In this document: piece after piece, positions 56,926-64,000 of the stretch
Layout of the letters: every line of letters starts with the position of its first letter
How positions within the stretch are numbered: the stretch's first letter is position 1
Assembly (NCBI GenBank): GCA_018653365.1
Contig: JABIAG010000001.1
Coordinates: forward strand, 68,772 to 132,771
Length of the DNA: 64,000 bases
DNA from: Candidatus Woesearchaeota archaeon
GTDB taxonomy: Archaea > Nanobdellota > Nanobdellia > Woesearchaeales > JABIAG01
Direction: 5' to 3'
Program-made: the position numbers and the translations under genes
The notes under the pieces: generated by a model
Database searches by the model: none
What the model saw: only the letters and a program-made list of their open reading frames with translations
Told to the model about the DNA's origin: nothing

Positions 56926-58677
56926 TTGATCATGTTAAGAAAACCAATCGTAACAGTGGTGGGACATGTAGACCACGGAAAAACAACCCTTCTAGATTCA
57001 ATTAGACAAACCACTGTAACCGAGGGCGAAGCAGGAAAAATAACACAAGCAATTGGTGCATCAATCATACCGGTAGAAACCATACAACGTGTTTGTGGAA
57101 ACTTAATGAAAGAAGAACTAAAATTACCTGGACTTCTCTTCATAGATACTCCGGGGCACGCAGCGTTCTCAACTTTAAGAAAAAGAGGGGGAAGTTTAGC
57201 AGATATAGCAATCGTAGTAGTAGACCTAAATGAGGGATTCATGCCCCAAACAGAAGAAGCAATAGACATACTTAAAAAATCAAAAACTCCCTTTTTAATC
57301 GCAGCAAATAAAATGGACTTAATACAGGGCTGGGAGAAAAAAGAGGGAACAATTCTAACTGAAATTAACTCACAACACCCAAAAGTACAACAACAATTAG
57401 AAACAAAAATGTACGAATTAGTTGGAAAATTACACGAAAAGTTTGAATTAAACGCAGATCGATTTGACAGAGTACAAGACTACACATCACAAATAGCAAT
57501 CGTACCTATTTCTGCATTCACACAAGAAGGATTGCCCGAAGTACTAATGGTACTTATTGGCCTGGTACAAAAATATTTAGAAAAGTGTTTAGAATGCGAT
57601 GTTACTGGAAATGCAAAAGGAACCATCCTTGAAGTAAAAGAACAAAAAGGAGTGGGAAAAGTATTAGATGTAATAATCTATGATGGTTCGTTAAGACCTG
57701 GTGATCCAATAACCATAGCAGGACTGAATGGGCCCATTTCTACAAAAATAAGAGGGTTGTTTGAACCAGCACCCCACTCGGAAATGATGGAAAAAAAAGC
57801 AAAATACAAATCAGTTAAAGAGGTATTAGCAGCAACAGGTGTGAGAATCTTAGCACCAAATGTTGATGATGTAATAGCAGGAATGCCAATAGTATCCTGC
57901 AGAGATAGCGAAGCTAAAGTTTGTGAAGTAGACGTACAAGAACAACTAAATGAGGTGTTAATCACATCAGATTCTGAAGGAATCATAATTAAGGCAGATA
58001 CGCTGGGGAGCCTAGAAGCACTAATCAGTTTAGTTAAAGACAAAGAAATACCCATAAGAAAAGCAACACTTGGCGAAATAAATAAAAAAGACCTAGCAGA
58101 CGCAGAATCAAGTTATGAAAAAGACAAACTCAAATCAGTAATTTTAGCATTTAATGTCGAAGGAGAAGAATCCACAGACAAAGTAAAAGTAATACGATCA
58201 AACGTAATCTATAAAGTAATAGAAGAATACGAACTCTGGACTGCAGAAATGAGAAAAGACGAAGAAGAAAAAGAACTGGGAGAACTGATTAAACCTTGTA
58301 AAATAGAAATAATGAAAGGTTACGTATTTCGACAATCCAACCCTGCAATTTGTGGAGTTTCAGTAGAAGAGGGAGAAATAAAAACACAAATGCCCCTTAT
58401 GAACAAACAAGGAAAAGATATTACTGTAGTTAAAGCATTACAAGAAGAACAAGAAAACATTTCAGTTGCAATTAAAGGCAAACAAGTAGCTTGTTCAATG
58501 GGTGGTGTGACAGTAGGAAGACAGGTAAATGAGGGAGATACATTGTATAGTTCCATTCCTGAAGAGGACTTTAGAAAACTAAAAGAACTAAAACACTTAC
58601 TGGCAAAAGAAGAATTAGCAGTACTAAAAGAAATCGCATTAATCAAACGAGAAATAAACCCAATGTGGGGAGTATGA
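56926..58677 (+). CDS. infB: Translation initiation factor aIF5B (IF-2 homolog) GTPase
   Basis: 'VVGHVDHGKTTLLDSIR' (G1), 'DTPGHAAF' (G3), 'AANKMD' (G4). 583 aa. Confidence 0.85.
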   Translation: MIMLRKPIVTVVGHVDHGKTTLLDSIRQTTVTEGEAGKITQAIGASIIPVETIQRVCGNLMKEELKLPGLLFIDTPGHAAFSTLRKRGGSLADIAIVVVDLNEGFMPQTEEAIDILKKSKTPFLIAANKMDLIQGWEKKEGTILTEINSQHPKVQQQLETKMYELVGKLHEKFELNADRFDRVQDYTSQIAIVPISAFTQEGLPEVLMVLIGLVQKYLEKCLECDVTGNAKGTILEVKEQKGVGKVLDVIIYDGSLRPGDPITIAGLNGPISTKIRGLFEPAPHSEMMEKKAKYKSVKEVLAATGVRILAPNVDDVIAGMPIVSCRDSEAKVCEVDVQEQLNEVLITSDSEGIIIKADTLGSLEALISLVKDKEIPIRKATLGEINKKDLADAESSYEKDKLKSVILAFNVEGEESTDKVKVIRSNVIYKVIEEYELWTAEMRKDEEEKELGELIKPCKIEIMKGYVFRQSNPAICGVSVEEGEIKTQMPLMNKQGKDITVVKALQEEQENISVAIKGKQVACSMGGVTVGRQVNEGDTLYSSIPEEDFRKLKELKHLLAKEELAVLKEIALIKREINPMWGV

Positions 58678-58683
58678 TTGTTA

Positions 58684-59661
58684 TTACATGGTTTTTTGTT
58701 CTCTAACTAATAAATGATCTTTATCTACCGGAATTGTTAATGGAAGCCAATCCCAATCTAAGTTTTTTTCAAAGACATCTCTTTTCATAAATACTGCATA
58801 ATTAGCAAGATACACTCCGCCACGTTCATTTAGCGAAATTCTTTCATAACCCGCTCTTTCTTCATCTGAAACAACTACATCAAGTCTCGCACAACCCCTA
58901 TCTGAGTTTAATATTTCATCAGACGTAGAAAAAGTACAGGTATCATAAATCGAACAACCTTCTGGACACGTTTCTGTTCTAGCACACATTGGGTTGGGGA
59001 GTATGAATTCATCGCCTCTTTTGAAATAAGCAAGGGCGGAACTTACAAAAGAATGATATCTGGCCTCTTGAAAATTTGTTTCCCAATCATCTAATCCCCA
59101 TACTTGTTTTAATGCACTAATGGATCTTTTGGACAGGTTGTTAAAACAATAAACATAACCAAACTGTCCCCCAGAATCCATTTTAGTAATTGGAAGGTTA
59201 AATTTAAAAACATCTGTGAAACCCAAACAACAATTCAAATCAACAAGTAAATTTTCAACTGGAACGCTTCTAAAAATGGTTACTGCATCTTGTAAGCTAA
59301 TCCCTCCTTTGCGTTTGCCATCAACAAAACCTAATTCTCTTAAAGGCAGGGGGAAGGTCGCTTTTCTTTTTTGATCGTATAAATAAACAAAGGTTTCAAA
59401 ATTTCCGGGGGTGTTTTCAGGAGAAACATAAGTTGTGTAGATGTCAACTTCCTCAGTTTGGGCGTGTCCCTGAAAGTGACTAAAAGGAAGATGATGAAAA
59501 GGAATGCCGCCAGAGAGTCTCAGTCTTTCATTAGAATCATCATATTCATATTGTTGAACAACAGTATCTAAGTCTAAACATTGTTCTAGCTCATCAAGTG
59601 TAACCCCTTTTAAGCTAAGTTTCACTAGTGGTTCAGTTCCAAATTGGGTAATAACGCTCAC
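58684..59661 (-). CDS. Hypothetical protein (325 aa) with a C-x5-C-x3-C-x5-C cluster
   Basis: 'NPMCARTETCPEGCSIYDTC'. I cannot assign a family. It is the last gene of a four-gene minus-strand operon. Confidence 0.35.
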   Translation of the reverse strand: MSVITQFGTEPLVKLSLKGVTLDELEQCLDLDTVVQQYEYDDSNERLRLSGGIPFHHLPFSHFQGHAQTEEVDIYTTYVSPENTPGNFETFVYLYDQKRKATFPLPLRELGFVDGKRKGGISLQDAVTIFRSVPVENLLVDLNCCLGFTDVFKFNLPITKMDSGGQFGYVYCFNNLSKRSISALKQVWGLDDWETNFQEARYHSFVSSALAYFKRGDEFILPNPMCARTETCPEGCSIYDTCTFSTSDEILNSDRGCARLDVVVSDEERAGYERISLNERGGVYLANYAVFMKRDVFEKNLDWDWLPLTIPVDKDHLLVREQKTM

Positions 59662-59692
59662 TTAACAATTAACCTGACTATACTTAAAAAGA

Positions 59693-59941
59693 TTATTGAT
59701 AAAACTTCATCCAAATCTTTTTAAACCAGTTAAGAGAAAGAGTAGATAATACAAACCCGACTGTAGGCACGATAGAATTGATAAATGGTTTTGGCAAATT
59801 AGCAGTGTAAAAAAATAGTACAATAACAAAATAGGTTAAAATTGCAATAATCCCTCTACGTGTAAAACTAGTCTCCCACTGTTTATTTAACTCAACCCGG
59901 TTGTTTCGCTCTTCAATGGTTTGTATTCTTTTTTCTATCAT
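59693..59941 (-). CDS. Small membrane protein (82 aa)
   Basis: Two TM helices. Its start overlaps the upstream stop. Confidence 0.4.
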   Translation of the reverse strand: MIEKRIQTIEERNNRVELNKQWETSFTRRGIIAILTYFVIVLFFYTANLPKPFINSIVPTVGFVLSTLSLNWFKKIWMKFYQ

Positions 59942-60180
59942 TGATTAACCTTCTCTTTAATTAAACCCTCAATTTCAGAACTCATTTTCAAATTATTCTT
60001 ATGACAATGGACCCTGAACGATTTCATTAAATCATTATCCAGGGTAAAGTTAAAACGTTTTTTGGCGGCAATTCTCGATATTCTTCCAGAGGATTCAAAA
60101 TTATCTAGGGCATCAAGTACATCAGAGTACTTAACAACTACTTTGTTTAACACATTTTTAAATTCCTTATTGCATAACAT
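59938..60180 (-). CDS. Small ribbon-helix-helix (CopG-like) protein, 80 aa
   Basis: 'KKRFNFTLDNDLMKSFRVHCHKNNLKMSSEIEGLIKEKV' matches the RHH pattern. Confidence 0.45.
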   Translation of the reverse strand: MLCNKEFKNVLNKVVVKYSDVLDALDNFESSGRISRIAAKKRFNFTLDNDLMKSFRVHCHKNNLKMSSEIEGLIKEKVNQ

Positions 60181-60487
60181 CTTTAATCATACTCGTAATC
60201 TTTGGAATGTCTAACACATTATCCTTACTGATGCTTGTTAATGTTTTAACCAAAACATTCTTGTTAAAACACATGTTATAATTATCAAAATAAGCCATTA
60301 GAACCAGAGCTGCTGCCTTAAGATCGTTGTTATAAATTACTAGTGCTCTGGTTAAATGACTCAAGTGGCTAAGCCAACTTCCCCCACCCTCAATTACATT
60401 AAGGGCGTTCACTAAAGAGTCTGAATGAGAATGTTCTTTCTGAGTAATATCTCTTACTAATGCTAAATTGTCGTGAAACATACACAT
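60167..60487 (-). CDS. Small helical protein (106 aa), possible HEPN-like partner of the RHH gene
   Basis: 'RDITQKEH' is an R-x6-H motif. 14-nt overlap with the RHH gene. Confidence 0.3.
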   Translation of the reverse strand: MCMFHDNLALVRDITQKEHSHSDSLVNALNVIEGGGSWLSHLSHLTRALVIYNNDLKAAALVLMAYFDNYNMCFNKNVLVKTLTSISKDNVLDIPKITSMIKDVMQ

Positions 60488-60546
60488 TCATACACACTAC
60501 TTGTATTTAAATGTTTGGTTTGAAAAAAAGTGTGTAGAAGTGTGTA

Positions 60547-61239
60547 TTACTTCTTGATGAATGTTAATTTTTTGTCTTCTAATCTTAAATTGTGCGAAAG
60601 AAATACCAAATCAAACCTGCCTTTCAAAAAACTATTTGGATGAAGAACATCTGCAGCACCATCCGACAATAAACTCTCAATTTTTTTAACAACCTTCTTC
60701 GGACGCTTAAAAGTTTTCAAACCACTCTTATACCCTGCATGTTTTAAACCCTCATTAACCAGCTCAGTACAAAAAAAAGCAGTAGGCCCCTTAACAAAAT
60801 CAAAATCATATGGTTTACCAAACTGGGTTTTAACATAACGAACTAATTTTTTAATAATGCTTCTTCGATGTTTAACTTTAGGAATTCGTAAAATAACTAA
60901 GGTATCATATTCAGTAAAAACATGATAAATAGACATGTATTGTACACCTGCTGCAATTGAGTGAATAAACTTATTCTTTCCAACATACAAACAAGAGTGT
61001 GTTACAGGTTCATCAATGATAGTTGACAAAACAGTCTTAAGATTACCTAATAAAACCACATCCCCTTTTTTCAAAACTCTTTTAACTCGTTTAAGATCCT
61101 GTTGAGAAAGAAGATTTTTACGAGAGTGTACAATGGCACAACTTAAAAGAAACGTAATGTTATCTTTCACTTTTCGATGTAATGGATAATTACGAGGAAA
61201 GTTCTTAATAACATTATACTTGCTAAACGGGTTAAACAT
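60547..61239 (-). CDS. Putative permuted papain-like (NlpC/P60 superfamily, YiiX-like) hydrolase
   Basis: 'GDVVLLGN...HSCLYVGKNKFIHS' with the Cys downstream in 'FCTELVNEGLKHAGY'. The order is His then Cys. Confidence 0.35.
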   Translation of the reverse strand: MFNPFSKYNVIKNFPRNYPLHRKVKDNITFLLSCAIVHSRKNLLSQQDLKRVKRVLKKGDVVLLGNLKTVLSTIIDEPVTHSCLYVGKNKFIHSIAAGVQYMSIYHVFTEYDTLVILRIPKVKHRRSIIKKLVRYVKTQFGKPYDFDFVKGPTAFFCTELVNEGLKHAGYKSGLKTFKRPKKVVKKIESLLSDGAADVLHPNSFLKGRFDLVFLSHNLRLEDKKLTFIKK

Positions 61240-61266
61240 AGTTTTTCTTTACATTCTTAGTATAAA

Positions 61267-61749
61267 ATGCTTTTGAAAAAGTTTATTAAGTTGAGATGTA
61301 ATAAAAAATGTATGATAAAAGAAATTATACAAGAATTCTCACTAATGGGAAGCAGTTATACGTTTGGAATTGTATTCTTATTTGCACTAATACTTCAAAA
61401 ATATCAATTAGCATTACAGTTATTCATTGGCGTAGTTATATTATTCATAATCGGTTACGGAATTAGATTTTTTTGGTATAAAGACCGGCCCCAAAAAGAA
61501 AAACACCAAACTTTATTACAAAAACTAGATGCATCCTCCTTTCCAAGTCTACACGCTGGAAGAAGTATCATATTAGGATCCTTAATTGGATTCTTTTTTA
61601 ATAACACCCTGATATTTGGACTGTTGATGCTATTAATATTACTTAATGGGTATTCAAGAGTATACCAAAAAAGACACTACTGGAGCGACGTTTTGGGAGG
61701 TTGGGGTGCAGGAATAATCATAATATTAATTTTAATGTTATTCTTCTGA
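61267..61749 (+). CDS. PAP2-family membrane phosphatase
   Basis: 'SFPSLHAGRS' (PSGH-like) and 'SRVYQKRHYWSDV' (SRx5Hx3D). Confidence 0.7.
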   Translation: MLLKKFIKLRCNKKCMIKEIIQEFSLMGSSYTFGIVFLFALILQKYQLALQLFIGVVILFIIGYGIRFFWYKDRPQKEKHQTLLQKLDASSFPSLHAGRSIILGSLIGFFFNNTLIFGLLMLLILLNGYSRVYQKRHYWSDVLGGWGAGIIIILILMLFF

Positions 61750-62310
61750 GAATTTTTCTATCTTAAACAATTTAGAAATAAGATAAAATAAAGGACCTAA
61801 AACAAAATATGATATCTGCATCCATAACGGTGCGTGCAAACAATTACAAAATTTAATTCCTGCATAAGTAGTTGAGGTAATATTTTGAACATTAAAAAAG
61901 TTGAAAGCAAAAGATTCAGAAACTAACAAAATAACCCAAAAGAAAAAACAGAAAAGAAGAAATCTAACAGCAAAAGTAGCCGTTTTAAAATATTCATCCA
62001 ATCCTGAAAAAAACATATGCATACCGTATAAACCTATTGCCCATCCAAAGAAAGGAAAGGTAGCAAAACCAAAAAATGTAAGAAAATTCTGATTATACGA
62101 ATAAAAATTATTAGCAAGTAAAACCCAAATAAATGCAAGTGCTGTTGAAATCGCATACCGCTTAATAGATTTTATTCGTTTAGTGGAAATCATATAAACC
62201 CACATTAATACAAAAGTAGTTAAGAAAAAATATTTAGGCAGAACAAATCCGATAATTATGGTAAACACAACTAACGTCCATTCATAAATCGTAAGCCCAA
62301 GTAATTTCAT
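61738..62310 (-). CDS. Polytopic membrane protein (190 aa), hypothetical
   Basis: Five or six predicted TM helices. Confidence 0.4.
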   Translation of the reverse strand: MKLLGLTIYEWTLVVFTIIIGFVLPKYFFLTTFVLMWVYMISTKRIKSIKRYAISTALAFIWVLLANNFYSYNQNFLTFFGFATFPFFGWAIGLYGMHMFFSGLDEYFKTATFAVRFLLFCFFFWVILLVSESFAFNFFNVQNITSTTYAGIKFCNCLHAPLWMQISYFVLGPLFYLISKLFKIEKFSEE

Positions 62311-62431
62311 AATCGTAACAGTCTAGAACTAGTATATATTGTTTTTGGTCCCTTTGTGAAACAAATTAAGACTTGATTATAGTTTTAAAATAAAGATAAA
62401 TTTATATATTCTTTAAACCAATTGAGGGTAC

Positions 62432-64000
62432 ATGACAAAAAAGATAGTTAAAGTTGCAATATATATGGCCTTCCTTATGTTGTTATTTGCAATCAATTTT
62501 ATTCTTGTAACTGGTATGCTTAATGATCCAAAATGTGATGCTGAATGGGGATCATTGCATCCACCTTGTAACGGTACTGAGCCATTTTGTTTTATTCAAC
62601 CAGCAATGAGTTTTGATGAACAGGATGAAATTTGGGCAGTTGAATGCGGAATACTATATGCTTGGGATGGAACTGAACATGAATGTCAGGTCGCAGGCCA
62701 ACTTATTGAGTCCGAATGTAGTGTCAGGTGTGAACAAGGAAAAATTCTCAGCTTAGGTGATGGAGATTCATGTGATGGTGGTGTTTGTTGTGGTGGTTCT
62801 TGTCGTTCACCATCTGATTGCTATGAATGTGTGGCTAGTAAATGGGTAAGCAAGTTCGATTCTGATAATTGTGAAACCTGCGAAAATAATAAAATTGTAA
62901 AAACAACAGGAAATAATTGTAATCAAGATAAAGGTACTTGTTGTGCAGGCACATGTAATCTAAAAAATGAATGTAAAACCTGTGATACAACGGGTAATTG
63001 GATTGATACTCCTAATGCACTTTGTGATAATGGAAATGGCCAATGTTGCACAGGGGGAGAATGTTTGCCAATAATGGGATGCGAATTATGTATTGATCTT
63101 GGCGGGGGTACATGGGCAAAACAATTTTTACCAGCCGACGTAACATGCACTGATGAAGACGGTAATGGAAACTGCTGTGCTGGGACATGCGAACACTTAA
63201 CAGGTTGTGATTTTTGTGATAAAAGCAGCGACCCAATAGGTACTGTTGAAATAGGTGCCGATAATGAACCTTGTACTGACTCAGGAGGATATGCAGGTTC
63301 ATGTTGTGGGGGTAGCTGTGAAAAAATGTCTGATTGTGAGGAATGTGATTCCGGAGAAATTGAAGATAAAGATGATGGCGGATCTTGTGGATCCGGTTAT
63401 TGTTGTGGCGGATATTGTTTACAGTCACCATCAGTATGCGATGGTGATGATGATTGTGCACCGTTTAAGACAGCAAGGGGATTACAAAAAACCTGTGTTG
63501 AAGAAGTATCAAGTGCAGTTAATGCATGTGAAAAAGAATGTGCAATAACTTGCACCAATGGAGATGCGTATGAAACGCCCTGTACTGACAAATACGGAGA
63601 GGAGTATGTTCCTTCCTGTGATGAAACAGATCACACAAGACACTATTATGTATGTGGAATAGATGGAACTTGTGAAGAAGCTGCAGACCCAACTTACGAT
63701 TATCTTTGTGATTGCGTATTGGATCCTAGCGTATGTGGCCCATATACTTGCTGTGGTGAAGAAGAAGGATGTGTCCATCTTGATAACAATGATGCAAATT
63801 GCGGTTCTTGCGGTATTACTTGTGAGACAGGCATATGTGCAAATGGTGTATGCCAATGTAGTAACCCCAATGAAGATATGTGTGAGGTAACTAGTGACGG
63901 ATTTGGGGGGTGTACAGATACTAGTTCAGATTCAGAATTTTGTGGCATGGACTGTTGCAAAGATGTTTCTTCGGGGGGATTATCAACATGTACAGATTGC
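62432..64000 (+). CDS. Cys-rich secreted or anchored repeat protein, 3'-partial (at least 523 aa, runs to the window edge). Repeats of the form '(G)xCC(x)GxC'
   Basis: ATG at 62432 with a TATA-like 'AAATTTATATATTC' about 26 nt upstream plus GAGGG. N-terminal TM 'VAIYMAFLMLLFAINFILV'. Recurring 'GGVCCGGSC', 'KGTCCAGTC', 'NGQCCTGGEC', 'GNCCAGTC', 'AGSCCGGSC', 'SGYCCGGYC'. Not in the ORF track because there is no stop inside the window. Confidence 0.6.
   Translation, partial: MTKKIVKVAIYMAFLMLLFAINFILVTGMLNDPKCDAEWGSLHPPCNGTEPFCFIQPAMSFDEQDEIWAVECGILYAWDGTEHECQVAGQLIESECSVRCEQGKILSLGDGDSCDGGVCCGGSCRSPSDCYECVASKWVSKFDSDNCETCENNKIVKTTGNNCNQDKGTCCAGTCNLKNECKTCDTTGNWIDTPNALCDNGNGQCCTGGECLPIMGCELCIDLGGGTWAKQFLPADVTCTDEDGNGNCCAGTCEHLTGCDFCDKSSDPIGTVEIGADNEPCTDSGGYAGSCCGGSCEKMSDCEECDSGEIEDKDDGGSCGSGYCCGGYCLQSPSVCDGDDDCAPFKTARGLQKTCVEEVSSAVNACEKECAITCTNGDAYETPCTDKYGEEYVPSCDETDHTRHYYVCGIDGTCEEAADPTYDYLCDCVLDPSVCGPYTCCGEEEGCVHLDNNDANCGSCGITCETGICANGVCQCSNPNEDMCEVTSDGFGGCTDTSSDSEFCGMDCCKDVSSGGLSTCTDC

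Noticed and set aside
47754-58677. Possibility that the contig is from a CPR bacterium rather than an archaeon
   Set aside because: S2 is of the archaeal/eukaryal type. RadA has the N-terminal HhH domain. An aIF5B, a RadB and an RPA-like zinc-ribbon SSB are all present. None of these are bacterial-type proteins.
1-64000. Looked for CRISPR arrays, tRNA or rRNA genes, and integrase or transposase genes
   Set aside because: No short regularly spaced direct repeats with unique spacers. No GTTC(G/A)A(A/T)TC T-loop-like motifs in intergenic spaces. No recombinase-like ORFs. The few intergenic gaps are short and AT-rich.

Overview
This 64 kb window is AT-rich (about one-third GC by eye) and looks archaeal, probably from a small-genome, DPANN-like lineage. 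The protein-level matches supporting that are an archaeal/eukaryal-type ribosomal protein S2, RadA with an N-terminal HhH domain, a RadB-like paralog, an RPA-like ssDNA-binding protein with a zinc ribbon, and aIF5B. Two accessory blocks dominate the window.

(1) From nt 1 to 27444, every gene is on the + strand. The first is a giant surface protein of at least 4487 aa, truncated at the window edge. It has many Ig-like repeats and a cysteine-rich region, followed by thrombospondin-type-3-like Ca-binding repeats, a single TM helix, and a Lys/Pro-rich cytoplasmic tail. Its stop codon overlaps (ATGA) the start of the first of about 19 consecutive genes. Most of these encode proteins whose N-terminus resembles an archaeal class III (type IV pilin-like) signal peptide: a short basic leader ending in KG, KA or RG, then a hydrophobic helix. 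They range from 34 to 850 aa, and many have cysteine-rich extracellular domains. No assembly ATPase, platform protein or prepilin peptidase is present in the window.

(2) From 34519 to 47382 on the minus strand is a six-gene operon of secreted or anchored proteins with fibre- or adhesin-like modules. These include a collagen-like G-x-x tandem-repeat protein. The 2145-aa protein has YadA/Hep_Hag-like head repeats, an internally duplicated beta-repeat region and a C-type-lectin-like C-terminus. The others are a Cys-rich protein, a class-III-signal/PKD protein, and a small protein carrying the same TSP3-like repeat + TM + basic tail module as the giant protein.

The remainder is housekeeping plus a glycosylation cluster. 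The cluster contains a GT2 synthase, three paralogous polytopic membrane proteins that look like GT-C-type glycosyltransferases, a membrane-anchored thioredoxin-like CxxC protein and an NAD-dependent epimerase. There is also a small putative HEPN/RHH-like operon and a partial Cys-rich CCxGxC-repeat secreted protein at the 3' edge. I found no rRNA, tRNA or CRISPR array. All function calls are from motif reading only, with no searches run.
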